Assembly: GCA_905199755.1 (NCBI GenBank)
Contig: CAJKHT010000001.1
Span: 38,812-102,811 of the forward strand
Source: an uncultured Eubacteriales bacterium
GTDB taxonomy: Bacteria; Bacillota; Clostridia; UBA1381
Reading direction: 5' to 3'
DNA length: 64,000 nucleotides
A program made the translations under genes and the position numbers. Positions 51,458 through 60,708 of this stretch are shown here, piece after piece. The notes beneath the pieces were generated by a model that did not search any database, was not told where the DNA came from, and worked only from the letters and a program-made list of their open reading frames with translations. How positions within the stretch are numbered: position 1 is the first letter of the stretch; every line of letters begins with the position of its first letter.

Positions 51458-54400
51458 TTATCTTGTTACCTGAACTGTTTTCTTATCAAGTGCCTGCATT
51501 GCGCCGTTCCACAAATACACGCTTATTTCGGTTGTGTCATCCGACGGTGTTATTGCACCCGATAATTTTCCGCTGCCTGTTTGTGAATACTTTTTAACTT
51601 CTTTAAGATTTTTGTTTTCATCATAAGCCGCAATATACATATCGAATACATCTTCATCGGCTGCATTTTCCACAACCGCACTTACTTCAAGAGGTACACC
51701 CGAAACAGCAATTCCTAATTCATTTACAGCAGCACTGAATTCTGTATTTTCCGCATACTGCTTATCTACATAAATATTGTTGAGGAAAACTCCGTTTGTA
51801 TCTGCACCGTTTTGGGTTATATCATAGCTTATACTTGTGAATGAGGTTATTCCGTCATTCATAAACGGTTGATTTTCAACAAGCATTGTCTTGCTGTAAA
51901 CATTATCTCCCGTATATGAGCCGTCGTGTGTCTTTCTCGGTGTCAGCCATGCGGAATATGTGTTATTATTCAAGTCAACCTGCACCTTCACATAAAATAC
52001 ATTTTCCGCATCTTTAGTATTATTATTACCCAGAACAACTGTTTCCGCGTTTCCGACACGGTTTCCGCCGGCATCAACCATATATGCCGAGCCGGGGTAT
52101 TTAACACTTGAATTGCCCGTGTTTTTCGCAAATCTCAAACCGGCAATGTCTTTTTCATTACCCGAAGCGTCTTTACCGCTGAGATTCAGCTGAACATATC
52201 CGTCACCTTTGTAAAGCAGAACAAACTCAGACTCATATGTATATACTCCGTTTTTAAACACCTTGCCTGTCGGGTTGTTTTTGGTGTCATTTGCAAAATC
52301 AAGCTTAAACATACGGGCTTTATCGTCACCCACTGCCGAACCGCGTGTTGTAATTCTCAAAGAGTCTGTGTTTAGGCTGTTATCGTTGTTCAGCTTAACC
52401 AAGCTCCAAACAACATTTTTACCATCATTAACAGTCATTCCGTAATCCGACGGAGTAATTGTATCGCCGAAGTCTCTTGCTTCAAGACGATACGGAAGAT
52501 TGTAATACGAACTGTCACTTGCTCTCTTTATAAATTCCTCTATTTCCGCATCTGTCAAATCAGCCTTTGCCATAAGCTTTTTGCTCTGCTCGATTACCTT
52601 TTCCGTTCCCTCGATTGCAGGAAGCGTCTGTGTAAGCAGAGTATTCAATTCGCCTGCCTTTGTAAGCGATTTTCTGGAATTAAGCGCCGCACAGTTTTTA
52701 TTTATCTGTGACTGTGTGAGTGCATCACCGTATAATTTTACGAATGCGATACTTCCCGAAAATGCATTCTGTGCCAAAGCCTGATTAATATAATCGCCGT
52801 TATCGTCCTTTGTGGGATCATAATCACCGCCGATTACCATTGCATAATACGGATCGTTTTTCATTACATCAGAAAATTCCAAAGCACCGCTTGCCGCTGT
52901 GGTATCCACAAGAGTTCCGTCATTATATACTCTTATGTTTGTTCCGTCATTTGTAATTGTGAGATGATAATACTTATCCTTTTCTACGGTAAGACCGTTT
53001 CCGGGTTTCGGATTAACCCATGCGCCGTTATGTCTCAAGAATGCAGAGAACACGCCGTTTGCATCCATTTCCATATCAAATCCGGAGCCCTGAGCAGCTC
53101 CGATAATATTATTATCGGTCTGATGCGCACTTGCTTTGAACATCATGTCTATTGTATATTTTCCGTCCTGCAGAAGTGCTTTTCTTTCATTGTTCATATA
53201 AACCTTGAAGAAGTTTGCCGACTTCTTTGCGTCAGTATCGGTTCTTTCAAAGCTTGCAGTGTACATATTAAGACTTTCATCAAAGCTTACCGGAACATTT
53301 CCGAATTCCTCTGCAGCTATTCCGTAAAAACGTGCAAATTCCGAAGTATCCAAAGCGCCGTAGGCATTAAATGACACGTCAGCAACAGCAGATACGGGAG
53401 CGCCCTCATCTGTTGTAAATGCAGCGCTTTCCAATACATTTGACGATTCAGTATAGAAGCTGTCATATGCTGTTATTTTCGCCGTATACGATGTTTCCGG
53501 CGACAATCCCGTAACATTCCAGTAGTTGTATTCCGGCATATCTGCGGTCTGCCAATAGTACGATGACAAGGTTACTGTCTTATCAGCCGCTCCGGTCTCT
53601 TGGTTTATAAGCTCCAGCTTATAATGACCGACATCAGTTTCATCGTCCTTTGCCTGCTTGAATGTTACTTTGCAGCCGCTTTCCGTTATATCTGAAATCT
53701 CCGCTTTTGCATCATTTTCGAAATACGGCGGATTCTGATCACGGGTATCTGTGTATTTCCAGTTTTCCTTATCGTTTACATTAATCGTCCACGGTGACTT
53801 AAACTCACGTTCGCGGTAGAAGTCCATTCTGTGTACCGTAACGATTTCATTCTCGTCTACTTCAATATAATATCCCGAGCACTCATTTTCATTGCTTCCG
53901 AAACGCTTCGGCTGAAAGCTTTCGTCCCAGCAATCCTCAATTTCCATGTTATTTACCGCACCTGTGTTTAATGATGTAAAATCCTTCTGATGTATTGAAC
54001 GCTCATTTGCCATATCCCAGTGTGAATGTCCCGAGAAGGTTATTGCATTTGAATGGTTTTTAAGCGCATCGTAAAGCTCGCTTGTTCCCCAATAGCTTGA
54101 GGTATACTCTTTTCCGTTTCTCATGCCGGTTATCGGGAATGAACCGTAAACCGTATCCTTTGCATTCGGATGCATGCCGACAAATACAGGCTTGCCCTCC
54201 GACTCGGCACACGCAGCATTCATTGCTTCCGTAAACCAGCTTATTGTTTCGGGTGAATGAATATACGCATAATTGCTTGGTTCGTCATTCGCTCTTTGCG
54301 TATCCTGGCTTACCATAACAAATTTATATCCGTTTACGTCAACAACATAATCGGCACTTGTAATTGTCGAATCATATGTTGACAGATATTTAACAAAATT

Positions 54401-55636
54401 ACTCTGCAAATTATCCTTTGCATCATGATTTCCTCGGAGGAACATTACCTTTGTGTGCGAGCCGGGAGGAATTACCTCTGCCAAATCTTTTACAAATGCC
54501 TGCCACTCTTCAGCTTTGCTGTTATGTGTAATGTCACCCGGAATAAGCAACGCATCCAGCTCATCCAAGCCGCCGGCTTTTTCGATCACCTGTTTTGCCG
54601 CATTTTTAAACTTCTTGCCTGCATATTCATATGCCGAAAGCGATGAATCCTGCGACGCACGTCCGTACTGGAAATCGGAGAGTACCGCAAATTTCAGTTT
54701 CTTTCCGTCCTCATGTACGGTCGGTGTCGGAGTAGGTGTAGGTGCAATATATTCCGGAGTGTATTCGTTTACATTGATATTCTTTATCCATACGCCGTTT
54801 CCGTACTTAAAATTGTCGATATGATATGTAATTCCGGCAAACTTTGTTATGCCCGCCGTATTCATCGGAGCGTCCTCAACAAGCAGATATTCGTCTGTCG
54901 CCTCGGTTGCCGCGTATCCGCCGCCCTCCGTTTTTCTCGGTACAAGCCACAGTGAATATTTACCGTTTGTAAGGTCAAGCTGCGCCTTAATGTACAAGAG
55001 CTGACCAATCCAGTCGGTTCCCTTAGTTGTGTTGGCTGAGTTTATGCGTATGTCTGCCGTATTTCCTATCTGTGCGCCGTAAGCATTTACCGCACTCACT
55101 TTACCTGTATTTACTTTTCCGACTGACATGCTTGACGGAGGAGTAAATGTAACCTTTGCCATATTTGCACCGGTTCCGTCTTCTTTTTCACCGTTAAAGC
55201 TAAGCTGTATCTGCGCTCCGACATCTTTTACCTGAACCATAAATTCAGATTCATATACATATCCGCCGCCCGTAAGGCTCGGATTATTGTGCATTGTATC
55301 ATTTTCAAAAGTCAGCGTCGTTAAATCACCGCTTGTACTTTTTCCCGGACTTTTTGTAGAAAATCTGAAGCCTTCTTCATATATATACAGCATTTTATCA
55401 GCCGGTTTCCTTTGTACGCTCCAAATAATGTTACCGTCGGTTTTAAAACCGTAATTCGATAAATCAATAGCGGTTTTATCATCAGCCGGATATTGAACGC
55501 CGTCGGCATCCGTCATCTGATCGCTTATATACGAAAGCGACAGCGGTGTGCCCTCCGAATGCACAGGCAATGCCGATATGCCCGTTACAAGCTGTGCTGC
55601 TGCGGCAAGTGCTGCGGCAATTTTTCTTAATTTCAT
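51458..55636 (-). CDS. Giant secreted multidomain protein: duplicated unknown ~250-aa domain, PT linker, calcineurin-like metallophosphoesterase, FN3, LamG/ConA-like and Ig-like C-terminal domains
   Basis: 1392 aa; signal peptide; APTPTPTPT linker. Metallophosphoesterase motifs: VLSDFQYG, PGDITHN, RGNHD, GMHPN, GHSHWD. FN3-like segment (VTGLSPETSYTAKITAYD). LamG-like segment (YYHLTITNDGTNIRVYNDG...FSGSIAFVKLYG). GGAGG RBS. Confidence 0.8.
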   Translation of the reverse strand: MKLRKIAAALAAAAQLVTGISALPVHSEGTPLSLSYISDQMTDADGVQYPADDKTAIDLSNYGFKTDGNIIWSVQRKPADKMLYIYEEGFRFSTKSPGKSTSGDLTTLTFENDTMHNNPSLTGGGYVYESEFMVQVKDVGAQIQLSFNGEKEDGTGANMAKVTFTPPSSMSVGKVNTGKVSAVNAYGAQIGNTADIRINSANTTKGTDWIGQLLYIKAQLDLTNGKYSLWLVPRKTEGGGYAATEATDEYLLVEDAPMNTAGITKFAGITYHIDNFKYGNGVWIKNINVNEYTPEYIAPTPTPTPTVHEDGKKLKFAVLSDFQYGRASQDSSLSAYEYAGKKFKNAAKQVIEKAGGLDELDALLIPGDITHNSKAEEWQAFVKDLAEVIPPGSHTKVMFLRGNHDAKDNLQSNFVKYLSTYDSTITSADYVVDVNGYKFVMVSQDTQRANDEPSNYAYIHSPETISWFTEAMNAACAESEGKPVFVGMHPNAKDTVYGSFPITGMRNGKEYTSSYWGTSELYDALKNHSNAITFSGHSHWDMANERSIHQKDFTSLNTGAVNNMEIEDCWDESFQPKRFGSNENECSGYYIEVDENEIVTVHRMDFYREREFKSPWTINVNDKENWKYTDTRDQNPPYFENDAKAEISDITESGCKVTFKQAKDDETDVGHYKLELINQETGAADKTVTLSSYYWQTADMPEYNYWNVTGLSPETSYTAKITAYDSFYTESSNVLESAAFTTDEGAPVSAVADVSFNAYGALDTSEFARFYGIAAEEFGNVPVSFDESLNMYTASFERTDTDAKKSANFFKVYMNNERKALLQDGKYTIDMMFKASAHQTDNNIIGAAQGSGFDMEMDANGVFSAFLRHNGAWVNPKPGNGLTVEKDKYYHLTITNDGTNIRVYNDGTLVDTTAASGALEFSDVMKNDPYYAMVIGGDYDPTKDDNGDYINQALAQNAFSGSIAFVKLYGDALTQSQINKNCAALNSRKSLTKAGELNTLLTQTLPAIEGTEKVIEQSKKLMAKADLTDAEIEEFIKRASDSSYYNLPYRLEARDFGDTITPSDYGMTVNDGKNVVWSLVKLNNDNSLNTDSLRITTRGSAVGDDKARMFKLDFANDTKNNPTGKVFKNGVYTYESEFVLLYKGDGYVQLNLSGKDASGNEKDIAGLRFAKNTGNSSVKYPGSAYMVDAGGNRVGNAETVVLGNNNTKDAENVFYVKVQVDLNNNTYSAWLTPRKTHDGSYTGDNVYSKTMLVENQPFMNDGITSFTSISYDITQNGADTNGVFLNNIYVDKQYAENTEFSAAVNELGIAVSGVPLEVSAVVENAADEDVFDMYIAAYDENKNLKEVKKYSQTGSGKLSGAITPSDDTTEISVYLWNGAMQALDKKTVQVTR

Positions 55637-55858
55637 AAATGTACCTCCGTTTCTTTTTCTCTGACCGTTACTTTCATCGGTCTTTTTTGTGGGTATTGTG
55701 CATTTTATTTTATGAGTGCTGCTTTACCAAAAGTATTTCTTACTCTTATTATAATGAAAAATATGCACAAAATAAATAATTCATTTTTTATATTTATTGT
55801 CTTTTTTTGCAGTAATTTTACTGCAAAAAATATAGCCTATTTCATTAAATACAACATA

Positions 55859-55887
55859 TTGACTTTATTTTGCTTTAACTGTATACT
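55859..55887 (+). promoter_or_regulatory. Sigma-A-type promoter of the PL8-GH112 operon
   Basis: TTGACT (55859..55864), 17-nt spacer, TATACT (55882..55887). Confidence 0.45.
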
Positions 55888-55935
55888 CATAATATATAAC
55901 ATTTGCCAATATTTTAACGAAAGGAAGATTTTACA

Positions 55936-58440
55936 ATGAAATTTAAGAAAACCGCAGCGATTATCACCGCCGCTGCCGCAGCTGTTCCTTATTCGGTTCT
56001 TGCGGCGGATTCTATATATTTCAGAGAGAACAGCAATACCGTTATTGTAAACGGTCAGACGAACGAAATACCCGATGCACCGAAAAACATTGACGGTGTA
56101 ATGTATGTTCCTCTCCGATATTTTTCATCACTTGTAGGTAAAAACGTCTACTGGAAGGACGGAATTGCCGAGGTGGGCAGTTCGAGTGAGGAAACGCTCG
56201 AAAAAATGATGAATGACAATTACCTTGCATCAAAGTTCGATTCTTCTTATCAATCGGATTTAACGGATTTGCGTAAAATAAAAAGTGAACTTAAATCGGA
56301 GTTGTATGACAGTGAGGCTAACCCCGAAACGGCATTGTCGTTATGGAAAGAGGACGGCAGCTTTGAGGGGGTTGAATATTTTAATACCGACAGAATGGTA
56401 TGGTCTGCAAAAAATCATATCGACTATGTGCGTACCATGGTAAAAGCGGTATATTCACCCGGCAGCAAATACTACGGTGACAGCGATATAAAAGCCAAAA
56501 TAGCCAAATCGCTTGATTACTGGATTCACTCCGGCAGAGTTGAATCGGATAACTGGTATCAGCAGGGCATTGCGGTTCCCGCGATAGTTGTTGATATTCT
56601 TATAATGGAACCCGATGAAATGACAGACGAAGTAAGACAGGTACTTAACAGCGAAGCCGCACAGGGCAGCATTTTCAGCGAAACCACCACCGACCGCATG
56701 ACCGAACGCCCCGTAAGCAGTACGGGTGCAAATCTCGCGGACAAGCTTGTAACGAGCTTCCGTATTGCAGCCGCAACAGAAAACGAAAGCGAAATGTATG
56801 ACATACTTCATCTTCTTGAAAATGAGCTGCGTGTATTTAAAGCCGTGAGAACAGATGAATACGGTGAGGATTCGGACGGCATAAAAGCCGATTACAGCTT
56901 TCATCAGCATGTTGACCAGATTCAGAGCGGCAGCTACGGTGAAGTAATGGTAAACGACGTTGCAAGAATGCTTGAATGGATTAAAGGTACAAAGTATATG
57001 ATTTCCGACAATGCATTAAATGAATTTGCAAGCTTTATCCTTGACGGTCAGCAATGGATGTTCAGAAATGACTACCGCGAGCTTACAACCGCCGGCAGGC
57101 ACATAACGAGACCTGACGGTATAAAAGGAATGAGGGATTCGGTCGCACGCGCAGTCAATGCACTGAGCGGACTTACTCAAATTGAGCGCTATGACGAGCT
57201 TACGGAACTTAAAGAAAACCGTCTCGGCGATACCGATAATTTCAGCGGCAACAGACATTTCTGGCTTTCCGACTACATGTCGCACAACAGAAACGGCTAT
57301 CATGCAGGAATCAAGCTTGCATCAAGCAGAACAAAATGCGGTGAGGTTGTAAACAACGAAAACCTTTTGGGATATTATCTTTCCGACGGCGTAACAACAC
57401 TTATGCAGGACGGAGACGAATACTATAACATCATGCCGCTTATAGACTGGAACAAGCTGCCCGGAACCACCACTCCCCAGGGCGCTCTCAAAAATCTTAA
57501 TGACTGGGCGGAATGGAACGGCGAGCATTTATGGAACTGGAAAGGAAACCGCTCATTTGTCGGCGGTGTTTCCGATGGTGAATACGGTGCGGCGGTTATG
57601 GACTATTCACGTGACGGACTTGATGCTCACAAATCATGGTTCCTGTTTGACGATCAGATGATTGCTCTCGGAAACAACATAAATTCATATTCCGATGACG
57701 ATATATACACAAGTATAAATCAGTGTGTTCTTGACGGCGAGGTTAAAATTTCCGACGGAAAAACCGCGAAAACAGCCTCGGCTTCGGAAACCGTAAACGG
57801 AAAATATGTTCTGCACAACGGAATAGGTTACATAAGCGATTCACCGATGCTCTTAAAAACAGAGGAGCGCACCGATGTTTACGGCAAAATCAACACCACA
57901 GCCGCATATGCGGAGAAATCCGAAACAAACAGCATATTCCAGCTCGGAATCGACCACGGAGTAAAGCCCGAAAACGGCAAATACATGTACCGCACGGTAT
58001 TCAAAGCCGATGAGGATAAAATGAATAAAAATCTGAACAATCCGTCAATTAAGGTTTTGAGAAACGATGACAAGGTTCAGGCAGTATATGACAGCGAAAA
58101 TAAAATCACACAGGCTATCGTATGGAAAATGGATACAATAGAAATTCCGTCGGGACTTACGGTTACAACAAACAAAAAATGTGCGCTCATAATCAAAGAG
58201 CTTGACACCGGCGTGCTGGAAATAACTGCCTCAAACCCGACAAATGAGCCTAAAGCATTAAATGTAACGGTAAACAAAGCCCTGCCCGCCCTTACCGAGC
58301 AGGATACGGGAGTAACCGGAGTAAAAGTAACCTCGGAAAATAATTCCTCCGTAATCACATTCCGTCTTAATGAGGGAATTTACGGCGGCAGCTCCACAAC
58401 ATACAACAGCAAAAGCGGTTTTACACAATTTATTAAATAA
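55936..58440 (+). CDS. Secreted polysaccharide lyase family 8 (hyaluronate/chondroitin AC/xanthan lyase-like) with a copper-amine-oxidase-N-like N-terminal domain
   Basis: 834 aa; signal peptide; IVNGQTNEIPDAPKNIDGVMYVPLRYF stalk-like domain. PL8-like motifs: ADYSFHQHVDQIQSGSYG, NRHFWLSDYMSHNRNGYHAGIKLASSRT, LSDGVTTLMQDGDEYYNIMPLIDWNKLPGTT. Confidence 0.8.
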   Translation: MKFKKTAAIITAAAAAVPYSVLAADSIYFRENSNTVIVNGQTNEIPDAPKNIDGVMYVPLRYFSSLVGKNVYWKDGIAEVGSSSEETLEKMMNDNYLASKFDSSYQSDLTDLRKIKSELKSELYDSEANPETALSLWKEDGSFEGVEYFNTDRMVWSAKNHIDYVRTMVKAVYSPGSKYYGDSDIKAKIAKSLDYWIHSGRVESDNWYQQGIAVPAIVVDILIMEPDEMTDEVRQVLNSEAAQGSIFSETTTDRMTERPVSSTGANLADKLVTSFRIAAATENESEMYDILHLLENELRVFKAVRTDEYGEDSDGIKADYSFHQHVDQIQSGSYGEVMVNDVARMLEWIKGTKYMISDNALNEFASFILDGQQWMFRNDYRELTTAGRHITRPDGIKGMRDSVARAVNALSGLTQIERYDELTELKENRLGDTDNFSGNRHFWLSDYMSHNRNGYHAGIKLASSRTKCGEVVNNENLLGYYLSDGVTTLMQDGDEYYNIMPLIDWNKLPGTTTPQGALKNLNDWAEWNGEHLWNWKGNRSFVGGVSDGEYGAAVMDYSRDGLDAHKSWFLFDDQMIALGNNINSYSDDDIYTSINQCVLDGEVKISDGKTAKTASASETVNGKYVLHNGIGYISDSPMLLKTEERTDVYGKINTTAAYAEKSETNSIFQLGIDHGVKPENGKYMYRTVFKADEDKMNKNLNNPSIKVLRNDDKVQAVYDSENKITQAIVWKMDTIEIPSGLTVTTNKKCALIIKELDTGVLEITASNPTNEPKALNVTVNKALPALTEQDTGVTGVKVTSENNSSVITFRLNEGIYGGSSTTYNSKSGFTQFIK

Positions 58441-58458
58441 GCAAAAGGAGAAAAAACA

Positions 58459-60585
58459 ATGGAAAAAGGACGTTTTACACTTCCGGGCGAAACCGGAATG
58501 GAGGAAGAAATAAAAAAGCTCGTAAATTTGTGGGGTGTCGATGCCATACGTGACAGCGACGGAACACAGCTTTCACAGGAGCTTATAGATATGGGACTTA
58601 CCGTATATTCCACGCTCTGCCTTGTACGTGACGACAACGCATGGATTAAGGAAAACATGGATTGCTTACAGCAGATTTACCTCATGACTCCCGAAGAAAC
58701 AGCTTTGTCCGATACGCTTTCCGTAGACATTATGGCAACATTTTTTGACAAGCAGTTCAAACCCAACACGGATACGGATATAAAGAAATACTGGCAGGTA
58801 ACGGACCGCACCGCCGGTACACCCACAAACAACTGGACATATGCCGATGGCATTGTAACAATCAAGGCGGTTCCGTTCCACAGCTATACCGTATCTTTCC
58901 TTGCCTATCAGATATGGGAGCCTGTATCGATGTACAACTACATCACAAACAACTGGACATCGGAGCGCGAAATGACCGTTGACCCGCGTTCACCAAAGGC
59001 ACAGGAGCATCTTTTAAAGAGACTTGAAGCATGGCTCGAAGCACACCCCAAAACGGATGTTGTCCGCTTTACAACATTCTTCTACTGCTTTGACCTTATA
59101 TACAACAATCTCGGCAAAGAAAAATTTGTCAACTGGTTCGGATATGCAAGCTGTGTTTCACCTCTTGCGTTCGAGCAGTTTGAGCAGGAATACGGTTACA
59201 GCCTTACCGCCGAGGATATAGTTGACAACGGCCGCTACAATACCCCGTTTAAAAATCCGTCAAAGCATTATCTTGACTGGATGGAATTTAACCAGAAATT
59301 CATAAGCGGCTTTGCAAAGAAGTGCGTATACCTCGTACACAAATACAACAAAAAGGCAATTATGTTCCTGGGCGACCACTGGGCAGGCACAGAGCCTTAC
59401 GGAAAATATTTCCCGTCAATCGGTCTCGATGCGGTAGTCGGCGCGGCAGGCGACGGTGTTACCACAAGAATGATTGCTGACATTCCCGTAAAGGAGACGG
59501 AAGCGCGATTTTACCCGTACTTCTTCCCCGATATTTTCCACGAGGGCGGTGATCCCGTAGGTGAGTCAATGCCTATATGGATAAAGTGCAGACGTTCCAT
59601 GATGCGCAAGCCTATGGCACGCATGGGCTACGGCGGTTATCTGAGTCTTGCACTGAAATTCCCGGATTTTATAGACCACGTTACGGAAATCACAACTCAG
59701 TTCAAAGCCATACATTCAAAGTCAAAAGGAACACGTCCGTACTGCGCTCCGTTTAAGGTTGCCATATTAAATTCATGGGGAAAAATCAAGTCTTGGCAGA
59801 CGCATCAGGTGGCACATTCTTTGTGGAATCAGCGCTGCTATTCGTATCTCGGTGTTCTTGAGGCCCTTGCAGGCTTCCCGTTCGAGATTGAGTTCATCAA
59901 TTTTGATGATGTAAGAAACGGCCGTCTTGATGAATTTAAGGCTGTGATAAATGCCGGAGATTCCCTCACGTCATGGAGCGGTGCGGATAACTGGAATGAT
60001 GCTTCCGTTATTGAAGCGGTCAGAAGTTATGTAAACAACGGCGGCGGCTTTATCGGTGTCGGCGAGCCATCGGCATATGAAAAGGACGGAAAGCTGTTTA
60101 TGCTGTCGGATGTTCTGGGAGTTCAGAAAGAGCTGGGGCTTACCGCAAGCCTTAACAAGCCTGTAAACACTGTTTCAAAGCACTTTATTACAGAAGATGT
60201 AAAGGACGGCATCGACTACGGTGAGGGCATGAGCATGATATACACCACAGGAAATACAACAGTGCTTGACATTCAGAACAACAGCTGCACACTTACCGCA
60301 AACGAGTACGGAAACGGCAGAAGCGTTTACATTGCAGGTCTCCCCTACTCCTGCGCAAATGCACGTATACTTTTAAGAGCAATATACTGGTGTGCATCGG
60401 CAGAGGACGAAATGCTTAAATATTACAGCGAAAATCCCGATATGGAATGTAATGCATATCCCGAGGCAGGCTGCATTTGTGTAAATAACAATACCGACAC
60501 GGAACAGTCCGGCACAATACACTGCAACGGCAAGACATTTGATGTAAAGCTCGGTGCAATGGAAAGCCGCTGGCTTGACATTTAA
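58459..60585 (+). CDS. GH112 phosphorylase (galacto-N-biose/lacto-N-biose phosphorylase family)
   Basis: 708 aa, collinear with my remembered Bifidobacterium LnpA: GRFTLPGE...LWGVDAIRDSDGT, YTVSFLAYQIWEPVSMYN, TDVVRFTTFFY, MFLGDHWAGTEPY, GLDAVVGAAGDGVTTRMIADIP, MGYGGYLSL, VYIAGLPYS. It starts 18 nt after PL8. Confidence 0.88.
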   Translation: MEKGRFTLPGETGMEEEIKKLVNLWGVDAIRDSDGTQLSQELIDMGLTVYSTLCLVRDDNAWIKENMDCLQQIYLMTPEETALSDTLSVDIMATFFDKQFKPNTDTDIKKYWQVTDRTAGTPTNNWTYADGIVTIKAVPFHSYTVSFLAYQIWEPVSMYNYITNNWTSEREMTVDPRSPKAQEHLLKRLEAWLEAHPKTDVVRFTTFFYCFDLIYNNLGKEKFVNWFGYASCVSPLAFEQFEQEYGYSLTAEDIVDNGRYNTPFKNPSKHYLDWMEFNQKFISGFAKKCVYLVHKYNKKAIMFLGDHWAGTEPYGKYFPSIGLDAVVGAAGDGVTTRMIADIPVKETEARFYPYFFPDIFHEGGDPVGESMPIWIKCRRSMMRKPMARMGYGGYLSLALKFPDFIDHVTEITTQFKAIHSKSKGTRPYCAPFKVAILNSWGKIKSWQTHQVAHSLWNQRCYSYLGVLEALAGFPFEIEFINFDDVRNGRLDEFKAVINAGDSLTSWSGADNWNDASVIEAVRSYVNNGGGFIGVGEPSAYEKDGKLFMLSDVLGVQKELGLTASLNKPVNTVSKHFITEDVKDGIDYGEGMSMIYTTGNTTVLDIQNNSCTLTANEYGNGRSVYIAGLPYSCANARILLRAIYWCASAEDEMLKYYSENPDMECNAYPEAGCICVNNNTDTEQSGTIHCNGKTFDVKLGAMESRWLDI

Positions 60586-60605
60586 TGAATTTTTACAAAT
60601 TTATC

Positions 60606-60634
60606 TTGATAAAATACGCATAATTTGTTATAAT
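60606..60634 (+). promoter_or_regulatory. Sigma-A promoter of the two-component system genes
   Basis: TTGATA (60606..60611), 17-nt spacer, TATAAT (60629..60634). Confidence 0.55.
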
Positions 60635-60708
60635 TAGTGTGGCATACGGGCAGAAAATATATTTCTGTCCGTGCCGCTTTATTTTATAGTGCGGGGGTGT
60701 TATATAAT

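Noticed and set aside
55712-55939. A 75-aa ORF in the AT-rich region upstream of PL8.
   Set aside because: It has no RBS, its I/F/N/K-rich composition simply reflects AT-rich DNA, and it runs through the predicted PL8 promoter and RBS.
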